A DNA stretch of 62,285 bases, filler included, from Thelocarpon superellum (taxonomy: Eukaryota), in the NCBI GenBank assembly GCA_026025795.1. It is 6 parts of 6 records of this genome, joined end to end, with 100 filler letters (N's around TTAATTAATTAA, not from the genome) between each part and the next. Parts side by side here need not be neighbours in the genome. Positions count along the whole stretch, not along the records: positions 1 to 10,394 come from JAPEUG010000530.1; positions 10,495 to 20,858 come from JAPEUG010000531.1; 4 more parts are not named here. One strand, 5' to 3'. Below the pieces are notes generated by a model. The model was given only the letters and a program-made list of their open reading frames with translations, was not told the origin of the DNA and searched no databases. Positions 1 to 12,171 of the stretch are shown here, in pieces. The translations under genes were made by a program, and so were the position numbers. Each line of letters opens with the position of its first letter. Position 1 is the stretch's first letter.

Positions 1-284
1 CCGTCGGACTTCGCTTTGGCTGGGCTTTGGCATGGACGGCATGAGATTGGACGACGGAAGGGGGCTGGAAGGAAGGCAAGGCACTGTCCGTTTCTCTATC
101 TCCATCGCATCATTGCGTATCTGTTGATCTACCTCGTTCTTGTTCATCCGTTTGTTCGCTCCCCTCCTCCCTTTCGCTCCAGATAGTGATTCCATTCTCG
201 GAGATGCTCCTGAGATTGAGTAGGTGGAAGACGTGGAATATTCGTTCATTCGTGCGTACATTCGCTCCTTGCTTGTTCGGGCAC

Positions 285-1673
285 TCACGCAGCTCCTACG
301 ACTGCTTGTTGCTCCTGTCCCTGTCTCTGTCCCGGGCCTCCTTGTCCCCCCTGCTGCTGCCCTACCTCTTGCCCCCCTTGCTGGTGCTGCTGGTGCTGCT
401 CAGGCGGTAACGCCAATTGTACCTGCTGCTGCGGATGGGCTATACCCGGCTGCTGGCGGCCTGGGGCTGCTTGGGCCGCGGCAGCTGCCGCGTTGGCGGC
501 TGCATTGGCCACTTCGGGGGTTTGACGGTAGAGGACGATTTCCGATTGCTTGAAGTATCGGCGTGCGTCTGTCGCATGTCAGAGTAATCCCTCAAGAGAT
601 ACCTGTGCGTCTCGTCGCCCCAGGGGTAGGGGGAGGTGGGATAAATTCACCTTCGTCGATCAATACCAGACTGAGATAATACCGCGTCGAGTATTTTTTG
701 TTCACTTCGCGAAACGTCGGCGTCAGGTCGTGTCCTCCTAGGAAGAGTCGAATTGGTATCGTTTCCCCTGGGATCATCAGTCTCGTTGCCCCCGTTGCCC
801 CCGTTGCCCCGTTTCTCGACACGGCGCTGATGGAGTTGTACGTACCTCGCGATGGGGATCCATCCATGATCTGTCGAACCTTGTCAGCAGATGATGACAT
901 GGCGAGAGCAGGAAAAGCCCGCACCTCAAATCGGACCAACGTCTCGCTCTCGTTGTATTGATTTGGGGCCGCCCCGGTCGTCTCTCGTCGGATGATGGAC
1001 AGTTCCATGTGTTTGATCTTCAGTCTCACCAACAGAAAGTAGATCCGTCCCACAATCACGTCCTTGAGGTGATATTTCGATTTGGAGTACTCAAACTCAA
1101 TGTGCAGGCAATCTTCAATCCCCACGTCCATCTTGATGGAGCTGTTGGTCTCGGGTGGGATCCGATAGGAGTAGACCCAGATGTCCTTTTCTCGAATCAC
1201 ATCCGCCATCCGCCGCGACACCGTCACCCGGATGAAGTAGCGGAGCTTGACGTTGATGCCATTGTACGCCTCATACTGCTTCTCGACGTTTTTGAAATTG
1301 AAGTCAAAGGTCTGTGGGTGTTGCAGATCTCCGGGCGCGGCGAGCTCCTGGCCCAGCGAAAGGAACTCGTAGTGGTTGCCACGGTCAAAGAACATCTCTG
1401 TCGAACAGACACGTCAGCGTCGCACCATCGCGCCCGATGGTCCTTTCGCTTCCTACCGATGGTGCCGATGAACTGCACCTTGATGCCCGTGTGCTCCAAT
1501 CGCTTTCCATCCTTAGGCCGGACGGTGACGGCTCCCTTGACGGACTCGCCATCCATGTACAGCGGAACCTTTTCCCTCCGATTCTTGTCCAACTTGATGT
1601 CGACCGTCTGCCGCTCGTCCGTATCCTCGAGCACGATATCAATGTCGACCGGGGTCGAAAAGAAATACGACAT
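285..1673 (-). CDS. VPS26: Retromer subunit Vps26 (5 exons)
   Basis: Motifs KRLEHTGIKVQFIG, SIKMDVGIEDCLHIEFEY, GETIPIRLFL, DARRYFKQSEI. GT-AG introns at 1398-1456, 871-924, 768-845, 569-650. Last exon ends in an Ala/Gln/Gly-rich tail, stop at 285. Confidence 0.96.
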
Positions 1674-4600
1674 CTTGCCCGCCCGCGGCCGCCCTGGCTA
1701 CCTTGCGACCGAAGAAGAGAGACCGAGACCCACGTTACCGCCGCCGCATAGAGGACACGAAGGCGCGCACAAAGACAACTGTCACGGATTGCACGGAAGG
1801 ACAGGTCTCAGAAGTCAGCATGTCTTGTGTGCACACATCTGCACCCTTGGCCCGGCCTCGTCATTCGTCGAGTTTCGCCGGGAGCTCCTAAAGCTTCCTC
1901 GCTCGCCGCATGACTAAGCACCATGCTCGCTACGTGCGCGCCGCACGAAAACCAAGCGAACACGCAGGCGAGCGTGCTGCTTGGGGGAACGAATGACGAA
2001 CGAAGAACCCTCGGCTTGCTCACGGCTTCATCCCTACCCAAGACGGAAGGGAGCAAAATGCCTGTCGCATCCGTGTCTTACCTCCCGAAATGTCATTGGG
2101 GATACTGGGACCCATTGTCGTGAGACGTGTCGGCAGACGCATGGGCGGCAAGAGTGACAGGTCCCATCCATGTCAAATCACATGAGGAGCATGTGTGTCG
2201 TGTTGACGTCTGCCCAAAGCGGCTACGCGCGCAGCCTGACTCGGTCATCGAGATCTGGTGGATATGGGAGCTCATGTAATCATCACGGGTGCGTCCTGGC
2301 TTCCGCCAACGCGGGCTGACTACGACGATTCCACGATTACGCATGGCGGGCCGTCCAGCAGATCAGTCGGAGGTCGATGCGACCGGACCTTCCGCTTGAG
2401 GGCGAACGAGAGTGGCCGACCGTCGTTCGGGGGTCGACGACACCAGCCCCCCACGTTGGCCGCGGGATCCGATGCCTCCAAGGGCGATAGTCGTCCGGTC
2501 GGGAGACAACCGTGAGACATCGATAATGCTCGGCACGGCGTGGACGGCGTGGATAAAGTGCAAGTGCACGACCAGGGGCGTCGCTGCTTAGCGTCGTTTC
2601 GCGGGGGAACGCCGAAAGGAGAGGGGTGGCGTGAGGGTTATGGAGGGAGGAAGTTCTCGTATGCGTCGGCGCCGGGCGCTGGGCGCTGGACGCTGAGCCG
2701 TAGCCGGTGGCCGGCGGCCAACACGAGGCGAGCAACGAGGATGGCAAGCGCAGGCTGACGGGCCCGTCAGGCTACGAGGACTCGACCAGACGCGAGGTGA
2801 CGGAGGGCCGGCGGTGGTGGGCAAGAATCACGAGCGCGGCAAGGAACGAGGGGTCAGATGATTTGGGCTCGTTTGGCGCACTGCACCCCAGACGCACTAA
2901 AGGCATGGTTTGGCCAGGGATCGTGACGTGAGGAAGAGGACCGTGCCCACGTCTGGCGCAGCCGGAGTGCTGGGAGCTGAAGCGGCCAGGCTCGGGAGAG
3001 CAGGTCGCTTTCCATGAGGGGCTGGGCGATAGAGGCCATCGGGCCATTGCCGACCGCCTTGGTACCTCCATCCCGTCGTGTCGCCGTGGACCGTCCGGTG
3101 CGTAGTGCCCATTGGACATTGGAAGCAGTAGGTCCTTGCCTCTCTCTCCATGTCAAATGCCATCCGTCTGACCCGCTATGCCGAGGGCGGCGGTATGAAG
3201 GTCGGGCTGAGGGGTGGGGCCAGGGTGCGAGAACAGGATCCCTCGGCTACGAAAAACGAGCACGTCACGGCGATGAGCCTCATCGCGTGGCAGACATGAT
3301 TCGGATCGAAAAGAAGCAAGCACACGAGAGCTACTGTGGCCGTGGGGAGACATGACGACGTGAGTAAGCGGCAAGCAGGTCGAGAGGGGGAAGGCCGCAG
3401 CTGAGCGGAGACAGCACTGCGGGGATCGGACTGCCGAGGGGTCTGGCACTCATGCCTGTGGCGGCGTGCGTGGGGTGCCACAACCCATCACGTACAGGTG
3501 CTCGTCCGCTTACTCGTCGGCGGCCATATGGTTTGGGTGGGACAGGTCTGGTAGTAGACATGACGGATGCTACCTTCTGCTAGTCCTCCCACCTAAGGGC
3601 ACACGGTGGCTCAGCTCGGGGCAGACGAGCGTGTGGGGCGGTCGTGGCGAGGGCGAGGATGCTTGACGAGGTGACGAAAGCATGTCGAGCTAGCTGCTGT
3701 TATCCCCTGGGGGCTCTCCTTCCTTAGTCTTCTCGTTCCTCCCTCGGGTTCGCCGTCCCCCACGCCTACCGATGGTCCGGCCAGGAACTGGTCCCTGCCC
3801 TTTTCGGCATGTGCCTATTTTCTTTCCCACCTCCGCCGTCCCGTCGTGGAGCTCGCGGCTAGATTCGCATCCTGCTGGGTCGGAGGCAGGACGAGCGAAT
3901 TCGGTGGGACTACGCTTCGTACGACGAAGACGACGGCGACGCGGGCAGGTCGCGATGATTCATGCAAATGCTCGATTGGCGCATCCGCGTAGTCATGCTC
4001 CAACCTTCAGCCCCTGGTTGGCGCGTGGCCGTCCAGCGGTGCATCCCGCGCGTCCGGGCATCCGTTGGTCCGTCGCGCGTCGTCGGGGCGTGTTGCACAC
4101 GACCACACGATGGCAGGATGATGCGTCCATGGGCACGGCGGCCGATGCAGCTGACTGGATCTGGCAATGGTCGCGTCCGGGATGAGTATGGCTGAGTCGG
4201 CTGGCTAAGCGGGGTGAAGGGCGGAGGGGGAGGCCCGATGAACGTGGCCAGCGCCCCGGATTGCCAGGTGGGAACGGCCGACGGGTGCTGCGACCCTTCT
4301 CACGGCCTCGTCCCTTTGGAGGCTACCCAAAGGGACGGTCGGGCGGGCACGCCAAGGCAGGGGGGAGCGAGACGATGGGGGGAGGCAAAGGGCTCAACAG
4401 GCGCGACACAGCGCCGGGCCCAGCAGGCTCGGCGCTGAGCGTGGAGGCTTTCAGGCTTGGGCGAGGGCGTGGGCGCGGGCGCGGGCGCGGGCGCACCCCA
4501 CGCCACCAACGCCCGCCAACCCAAAAAGCCTAAGAGAGGCGCTAGCCGCCTTCCCGTTTTTCCCTCCCTGATTCATCCTTCCGCAGCGCTTGCCGGGGAG

Positions 4601-5295
4601 GTCGAGGAGCGTTGAATTAGGTCGCCAGGTATAGTCAGGTAGCCAGGTCATGTCCGAAGACCAGATCGGACTTGTACGAGGTACGAAGGGGGGCCTCGCT
4701 CCTCGTACCAGGACGCAAGCGGTGCGTGTGGGCACACGGCCCTGTCAGTGGTACGAGTAGACTCCCGTCAGACTCTGTCAGACCGGCCTACCGTCATACC
4801 GTCATACCGTCATACCGTCGTCCTGTTGGGTACCGTCGTCTAGGCTGGCTGTCGGCAGCTGCAACATGCAGCTTGCTGGACGCCGCGGCCTGCGAGCTGC
4901 GAGCTGTGCACTGCGGGCCGCGGTGTGTACGTCGTAGCTCGACGGTCGAGGCCGGCGACAGCCGAGCGCTCAAGCTCCCCAGGCGCTCCATGCTCGCGGG
5001 GCCTGGGGAGGATCCGTCTGCAGCCTTGGGGTCTGGGGCCTGACGCCCGGCGCCTGGGGGCTACCGGTACGTCCCTTTCGTCCAGGTCACGGCGGCGGCG
5101 CCGCCGCCGTCGTGCGCACTGGCCAGAACCAATGACCATCTCCTGTCTCCTCCCAGATCGGACCTGGCCTGCAATTTCCTCGCCTTACCGCGCTAGAGCT
5201 TTGTCTCATCCTTGTTAGTGTGGGGTTGTGATGGCCACCCCCAGGGCCGACCTAGGCCAGCTCGGCGCCACCAATGGTTTGGGCTTCTCTCCCAG

Positions 5296-5301
5296 TATAA
5301 A
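5296..5301 (+). promoter_or_regulatory. TATA box followed by CT-rich tract upstream of gluconokinase
   Basis: TATAAA at 5296 and a pyrimidine-rich tract at ~5373-5420, about 280 nt upstream of ATG 5578. Confidence 0.45.
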
Positions 5302-5577
5302 GTCATGGGCCACCCATGTGGCAATGGAGCACCCCAGCATGGGCTGTAGTCTGGCCACAAACACCCGTTGTGATCTTCCTCGTCCACTTCCTCTTCCTCT
5401 TCCTGTTCCTGTTCCTCTTGATCATTGTCTTGGTCAGTCTCGTCATTAACCCACTTCATTCACCATCTGCCCCGGCTTCACAGCCCCCACCCCCCCTCTC
5501 GATAGCGAGCGGGCCGGTTCGGTGCGCCGCGTGCCTGATCTGGGGCACCTTGCCCCACGCACCTTCCTCCTCTCATC

Positions 5578-6295
5578 ATGCTGTCCTACGACGAACGACC
5601 GCACGTGCACGGCAGTATGCCGACGTCTAGGGCGGCGATGAAGCCCATCAAGAATGTCAACGGCAGCGCGCTGCCGCCGCGCACGCACCGACACATCTGG
5701 ATCATCACGGGGCCCGCGGGATGTGGCAAGACCACGGTGGCGCAGTACCTGGCCGAGCATCTGAGCGTGCCCTACGTTGAAGGCGACGAGGTAGGGGCCC
5801 CTTGCATGCGGGAGGTCAGAGGGCGCCACTGACGCGTGGGCCACGCAGTTCCACCCTCCCTCGAACATCAGCAAGATGGCGCAAGGCGTCCCCCTCACCG
5901 ACTCGGACCGATGGGACTGGCTGGTGGTGTTGCGGCAGAAGGCGGTGGAGCGGCTCTCCAAGGCCGGGTCAGCCGGGGTGGTGCTGACGTGCTCGGCGCT
6001 CAAGCGCAAGTATCGCGACGTCATCCGGATCGCGGCGTACAACGACCACGACGTGGAAGTGCACTTTGTCTACCTGCACGCGTCCGAGGACGTGCTGATG
6101 CAGCGGGTCAAGGCGCGACAAGGCCACTACATGAAGGACTCGATGGTGCACAGCCAATTCAAGAGCCTCGAGGAGCCCTACGACGACGAGATGGATTGCC
6201 TCAAGCTCGACGTTAGCGGCGGCATGACGACGGTACAGCGAAAGGCATTGCAGATCGTGCAAGGCGTCTTGACGGAAGATTCGCGCCGGGATTAG
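5578..6295 (+). CDS. idn1: Gluconokinase (GntK/IdnK family), 2 exons
   Basis: P-loop ITGPAGCGKTT, then EGDEFHP..NI.KM, PLTDSDRWDWL, CSALKRKYRD, HYMKDSMVHSQF. Intron 5791-5848 (GTAGGG..CTGAC..CAG) joins the two ORFs. Confidence 0.95.
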
Positions 6296-6996
6296 GACAT
6301 TGAGGGATGACGCCGGCCGTGGATGAAGGCGTCCATCGAGTGCGGGGTGGGAAGGCGACGGGAGACCATGGGTCCGACACCTTCAACACCCTCTCTATTT
6401 CGTCATTGGAGGAGCCCAGGTTACACATTGCAGATTGTGCGCGCGCACTCCCGTTTCAAGGTGCATGGTGCATCGTTCTGCGTGGAGGTCATGCACTTAT
6501 GGCGCAATTCACCGGCAAGCGCGGCCGCTCGCGCGGGGAAGCGTCGAGACGAGTGGTCGAGCTGGGCGGGGTAGGGGTGGGGTAGGGTACGGCACCCCGC
6601 ATCTTGCAGGGTCGGCACATAACGGCGCCCCGCCACTCCTCATCTCCTATGCTGTGTGTTCTATGGTATGCTGGCGCCGTCGACTACCTTCTCCGGGCCA
6701 TTCCTCACCCCTACCTATTTACCTTGATCTTCAACCTATTCACCTTGATATCCTTCCTCAATGTCTCGTCCACGATTTTCTTCTTTCTTCCTTTTCCCTT
6801 TCCCCTTCCGCGTACCAGCCAAGTGCTGCCCTGCCTACGGATCTGCGACCTGGGATCCGGGTTCTGACCTGATTACTCTCATCTGGTGTGATCTCATCGC
6901 AATTCACCTGCTGCGACGTCTGACTCACGGACGGATGGACGGACGTCATGGGAAGAGGCGAAGCCGGGGGCGGAGGGAATGCGGTGCGGGCGCGCG

Positions 6997-7070
6997 AGCA
7001 TAGCATAGCATAGCATAGCACGGCATAGCACAGCATAGCACAGCATAGCACAGCATAGCACAGCACAGCA
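6997..7070. repeat. Pentanucleotide microsatellite (AGCAT/AGCAC)n
   Basis: About 15 tandem AGCAY units between the convergent gluconokinase and E2 genes; (CTGCCTGA)x3 follows at 7096-7123. Confidence 0.9.
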
Positions 7071-7463
7071 GAGCTACTTTACTCTTTCTAAATACCTGCC
7101 TGACTGCCTGACTGCCTGACTGATTCACTTATTTACCTATTTGCCTACTTGCCTACTCGCGACCAAACGAGCGCAAGAGCAAGAGCGAGAGCAAGAGAGT
7201 GGGCAAGAGCGGGAACAGAATGGAAATAGGGATGAGATCGCGAGATCTCCTGCAAGTCTATCCAACTTATCCGTCTATCTTTAAATTCAAGACGGGGAAT
7301 CAGAGTAACGTGCCCTCCACAGACGCTCGAAAAACAAACCTCAACGTAAAACAAAAGCTGGCGACACGTGCAGAAAGAAAGACAAACACATAGATATATC
7401 GCTAGAGACAGAGAGGAGGGGTGAGGGGGTGGGGGGATGGGAAGGGAAGTGGTCGAGGAAACA

Positions 7464-9235
7464 TCACCTCAACAGCCCCAACATCAGGTCAGGATCCTGC
7501 ACGAGGCCTCGGACGCGCTCGGCCATGAACGCAAGCGTGGCGCCGTCGACGACGCGGTGATCGGCAGCCCATGAGAAGGTAGCGATGCGGCGCTTGATTA
7601 TCTCCATCCCCATTCCCATCTCCGTCTCCGTCTCCGTCTCCGTGTCTCTCCGTCCCTCGCCACCGGCCCAGCTCCCCCCACTTGTCCCCTTTCGTGGTGG
7701 AGCTGTGGAGGAGAAGGGGTCTCGAAATGCAGGGACGACGCGTGCCCTGCCGACGCCGAGGATGGCGAGTTCAGAGTCGACGAGGATAGGCGATACGACT
7801 GTGCCACCGATGGAGCCGATGTTGGAGATCGTGATGGTGCCGCCCGACAGGTCGGCCGTCGAGAGCTTCCCGCCCGACGCGAGCGTTTGAAGATGCGACA
7901 GCGCCGAGGCGATTTCACCGATCGAGAGACGCGAAACGTCCTTGATGTTCGGGACGAGGAGCCCGGACGGCGTCGCCATCGCGATCCCGATGTTGTGCTG
8001 GCTTCGGCTAATTAGACGCGGCTTGCTGCCGTTAGAGGCGGTGGTCGTGTCGAGTCGCGAGTTGAGGAGCGGGTACTCGTGCAATGCGAGCGACACCGCC
8101 TTGATGATAAAAGGCAGGTAGGTGAGTTTTGGATGGGGAGGGGAGGAGGACGAGGGTGACACAGCGGGAGGAGGCTGGACCAGGCGTCGTCGTAGTGATT
8201 CGAGGGCGTCCAGGGCCACGTCGTCCGAGTAGAGGAAATGAGGAATGCTCAGGCTACGCGTCATGCTTTTGAACATCTGCGCTTGGATGGGCGTCAGTGA
8301 GGCGGCCATCTCCGTCTGTGGTGTTGGCTCAGACGTCGTCGTCGGTCCTGATGATGCCTGCGGGGCTCGTCCTTGGTCTCGCTCTTGGGCGAACTTGTAC
8401 ACGTCCTCCTTCATGACGCGTCCTTCTCGTCCGGTCCCTCGCACTTGGGTGATCTCCACCCGCAGCTCTTTCGTCAGATGCCGCACAGCTGGAGTGGCGA
8501 GCGACGCGTGTTTGTCGGATCCTGGCGGGGGCGGCGGTGCCGGTGAACTTGATCTCGCGTTCTCCTCTCGTACGTCCGCCGCCACTTCGTCGGCAGACTC
8601 CGGAGGCGTCGCAGCCTGCGGTGGCGTCGTGATGCCTTCATCCTCGGGCGCAATCTCGCTTTGAATATCGATATCGACCAGTGGCTAGCCATATCAGCAC
8701 CGCTCTGTCGTCGCGTCGTGGCGGCCTACTTTGCCCACAATGGCCATATCTCCGGCCTCATAATGTAATCGTTTGATGACTCCGTCGAACCTCGACGTGA
8801 TCTGCCATACGCGATCGTCAGTCAGCCTGTCTCCAGCTGATCGATCTTGCAGACGTACCTCCACCGACGCCTTGTCCGATTGCACCTCGCACAATTTATC
8901 GAACTGCTCCACCCGTGCCCCCGGCTCCACGAACCATTGGATAACCTCACACTCCCGGATCCCTGGAGTGACCTCGATCAGCACCTTCACCAAGGCTTCC
9001 GCGATCGATCATCACACCTACCCTCTCCAATGTCGGCTAATAAAAACGGCTTGAGGACTTGCCATGACATGGATGAGTGAAACGATCGGCGGAGAGCGGG
9101 TGGCAGTCGCGGGGGGGTCGGTCGCTGGGTGGTCAGTCGATGGGTGTGGGACGGGCACAGCGAGCCATTGCGGACGCCGCCCCGGCTCTCGATCCCCCGC
9201 CGGGCGCAGTTGATGATGAGGGTGCTTCGACGCAT
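7464..9235 (-). CDS. DBT: Dihydrolipoamide branched-chain transacylase (BCKDH E2), mitochondrial, 4 exons
   Basis: Arg-rich presequence from ATG 9235; lipoyl domain [27 protein letters not shown]3-binding [21 protein letters not shown]; catalytic [13 protein letters not shown]. Introns 8963-9021, 8802-8858, 8685-8729. Confidence 0.95.
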
Positions 9236-9527
9236 GCTGGTTCTGGGCGAGGCCACGGATCGAAGGGCATGGCCGTGGATGGCGGGGTCCTTCCACAGTC
9301 AGATTTTGCAGTGGCGGATGTTTACCCCGGATTTTGGCTGGCCCTCGTATGCCGACGGTAAGCGGAGGGCCGTCAGGTATTCATCCTCGTCCTGCCGCTC
9401 GTCTCGCACACACTCGCGGCCACGCGGACGAGTACAAGGCGTATTCGTACTGTGGAGGCTCCATACGGGAGCTCGAGGCTTCTGAGTAAGCCGCCGCATG
9501 TGACCCACAATAGCTGTGTAGGAGCGC

Positions 9528-9548
9528 GCACGTGATCTGATCACGTGC
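9528..9548. promoter_or_regulatory. Palindromic double E-box (2x CACGTG) upstream of DBT
   Basis: GCACGTGATC-T-GATCACGTGC is a perfect inverted repeat about 290 nt upstream of ATG 9235. Confidence 0.5.
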
Positions 9549-9925
9549 CCACTCCTATGACTATCCCGACTACGCGTAGATTGGCAATTCAGCTCTGATT
9601 CCTACAGCTGTATATTAGAACGACAGATAGCTTCCGTAGAATAACCCACCCATCTCCAGTGGAATTACCGGGGTGCGTCAGTAGCAGGCAACTCCAGCGA
9701 ATGAGATGGCTCGTTTCCCCCTCCTCCCTATTCCCTGTCCTCGTATCTGACCATCACCCATCGTCTCGGAGACACGCTGATTACGGACACTGAAAATGTA
9801 CCATGGCGGTCCTGACACTCGTACAGTAGTAATTGCTCTCGTATGTGATGCCGGTACGAATCTACAAGTCGATGGAAGGTCCGTCGACCAGGCGGAATGT
9901 GACGTCGCCTCAGCATGCCTGTACT

Positions 9926-9965
<40 letters not shown>
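9926..9965. repeat. Hexanucleotide microsatellite (CATGCC)n
   Basis: Six perfect units plus a partial one. Confidence 0.9.
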
Positions 9966-10214
9966 ATCCATCTCATCCAGGAACACCAAACCGGGCAAAC
10001 AGTAACACAACGCCCCGGTCCCAGGTATCAAAACCCCGTCTGAGACGCCGCAATGCACCGTCGCCCCGCGCCCAATGCACCCAATGCCTTCATCGGTCTC
10101 TGGTCTACCCCCTCCCCGGCCCTCTCCGCCGCTGTCGTCAATTTGCATGTGGCGCCAGCCCCCCCTGGCCCACGTCTTCCTCGTCCCCTGCCCGCTTCCT
10201 CCCCTCCTCCCCCT

Positions 10215-10365
10215 CTAGGAGTCCTTAGGACCCCCCTTGGTCCCGGCGCCATTGGTGCCCGCCCCCCCGGCGCCCCCCTGCTCGGCCGCGACGATACGCT
10301 CGTACATGCCCTTGAGCTGGGCGCCGGGGGTGCCCTGGTTAGGCCAGTACCGACCGACAAAATCC
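10215..10365 (-). CDS. 3'-terminal exon of an unidentified gene cut by the contig end
   Basis: Branch site CTGAC and CAG acceptor (10366-10368), then open frame DFVGRYWPNQGTPGAQLKGMYERIVAAEQGG..KDS* with GC3-rich codons. Confidence 0.6.
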
Positions 10366-10394
10366 CTGTCACACCCGCACGCGTCAGCCTTGCC

Positions 10395-10494
10395 NNNNNN
10401 NNNNNNNNNNNNNNNNNNNNNNNNNNNNNNNNNNNNNNTTAATTAATTAANNNNNNNNNNNNNNNNNNNNNNNNNNNNNNNNNNNNNNNNNNNN
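10395..10494. other. Artificial contig spacer
   Basis: 44 N + TTAATTAATTAA (stops in all six frames) + 44 N. Confidence 0.98.
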
Positions 10495-11114
10495 TTCGAT
10501 GTGCTTCCAGCTGAGCCTCCACTCGCGGCGCCACCGCTAGGGTTGCTGGGGTTTATCAAGTTCGTGGTTCCTCCAGCTGAAGTACCAGCCGGGTTGGCAG
10601 CGCCGTTTCCAAAAAGAGTGCCAAGCCAACTGGCGAGGCTTTGCCCCACTGCTGGATTGATGTTGCCATGGTCATCAACCTGTGTGGTGCCTTGATTGAC
10701 GATGCCCGTGTTGGCAGCGGTGCCACCATTGTTGACGTTGCTACCGCCCGCGCCTCCGGAGTTGTTAGATGTAGTCACTCCGCCGCTCGTGGTCACAACA
10801 CTGCTGCCCCCGCTGCCCCCGCTGCCCCCGCTGCCCCCGCTGCCCCCGCTACTCCCGCTACCGCCGTTGCCACCGTTGCCACCGTCGTCATCAGTCCCGG
10901 GGTATGGTCCAAGGTTGAGGTTTGCGACAGCGCCTCCTACTCCCCCCGCATTTGCGGGGGCAATCGCGGGGGAGGAACCAACCTGAGCCGACGAGCCGGC
11001 CGCAGCACCAGTCGGACTGGATCCGGGCGGGTTGGTATCTTGTGGCCGAGGCGCGGCGTTGATAGGACCGGTGAGGAGGAGGGCGAAGAAGAAGCGAGAG
11101 GCCGGCACCTTCAT
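10495..11114 (-). CDS. Secreted Gly/Ser/Thr/Asn-rich protein, 5' part only
   Basis: ATG 11114, signal-peptide-like MKVPASRFFFALLLTGPINA-AP, (SGG)n repeats; frame stays open to the spacer. Confidence 0.75.
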
Positions 11115-12171
11115 CTTGGTAGCGGGTACAGAGCTCAGGACGTGAGAGCACGAACGAATGACGAAACCATTGAGCCGGGCGTAGACTGGGCAAGAAGCGT
11201 CTGAAAGGTGCGGGTCATGGATCTTAAACGCCATCTTGCCCACTCTATAATTAGTGCCCGCATGATGCCGGGCAAAAGAGATGTTTCAAACGCAAGAAGG
11301 CCCATGATGGAAACGAGAGGAATGGAAATCGGCCGGCGTAGGTTTGGCAGCGGTGGGAGAGCTTTGGAGATCGGAGCATGGATCACGTCTAACTTGGACG
11401 AGCGGCCGATCATCGCTGCATCGGGGGATGAAACGACGAGAAACGCGTCGACAATGCCATGGTCATGCGTCGATGGCTGGAAGACGGTGGGGCATGATCT
11501 CGACAGACACTTGTGCGACAGCGTCATTGGAAAGGTCTACTCCTTCAAGTCTCAGGCTCACCGAGCCCTATGCTCAACACCGAACGCACGGCCCGGCCTC
11601 TTCTTATGCACCTTATCACAACTCGTCTGGCCCGGTGGCTACGTATGACCAGTCGAGCCATGGATCGCGCTTCCACGTCACTCTCTAGCCTTTGGCGATA
11701 GGCGGTCGAGGGGCCATCCATGCGTTTCTTGTCCCTGCATAGATGGATGTTCAAAGCAAACCCGCACATGCACTTAGACGCGCGTATCACAGTCGAGTCT
11801 CGGATCGCCAGATGAAGTAACTTCCCTCGACTTTCAAGAAAGTACAAGGGCATGATGCTTGGAAGGCAAACGACGTTTGACCTGCTCAGCTGTAGTCTTG
11901 GGAGGCATAGCACTCGTAAGCGTGGAGGAGTGAATATGGGAACGGTGTTACTCCGTGAAGGGCTCCCGTCGTCCACGCCCGAGATTCCACCCGGAACTCA
12001 AGCCAGGCGGAACGGCGGAGGACGAGTAGTACCGTAATACGAGTCGTTCGTTAGCCCCCTCCCATCCTCTCGAGCATCCACTTTTGCCATGTTTCGCCCA
12101 CCGGCCGCGCCATCGTAAGCGGCATCTTCAACTCCGTCCAAGTCTCATCCATTCGGCATCTCAGAGGCGCC

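Noticed and set aside
5316..5630. 104-aa ORF with a strong hydrophobic segment overlapping the gluconokinase start
   Set aside because: Hydrophobicity comes from the CT-rich leader tract; the ATG is only about 15 nt after the TATA box, probably upstream of the TSS.
10439..10450. Regularly spaced TTAATTAATTAA palindromes as a biological repeat system
   Set aside because: Embedded in fixed N runs; a synthetic six-frame-stop linker.
10215..11114. One gene spanning spacer 1
   Set aside because: Same strand, but the segments are size-sorted contigs; no evidence of adjacency.
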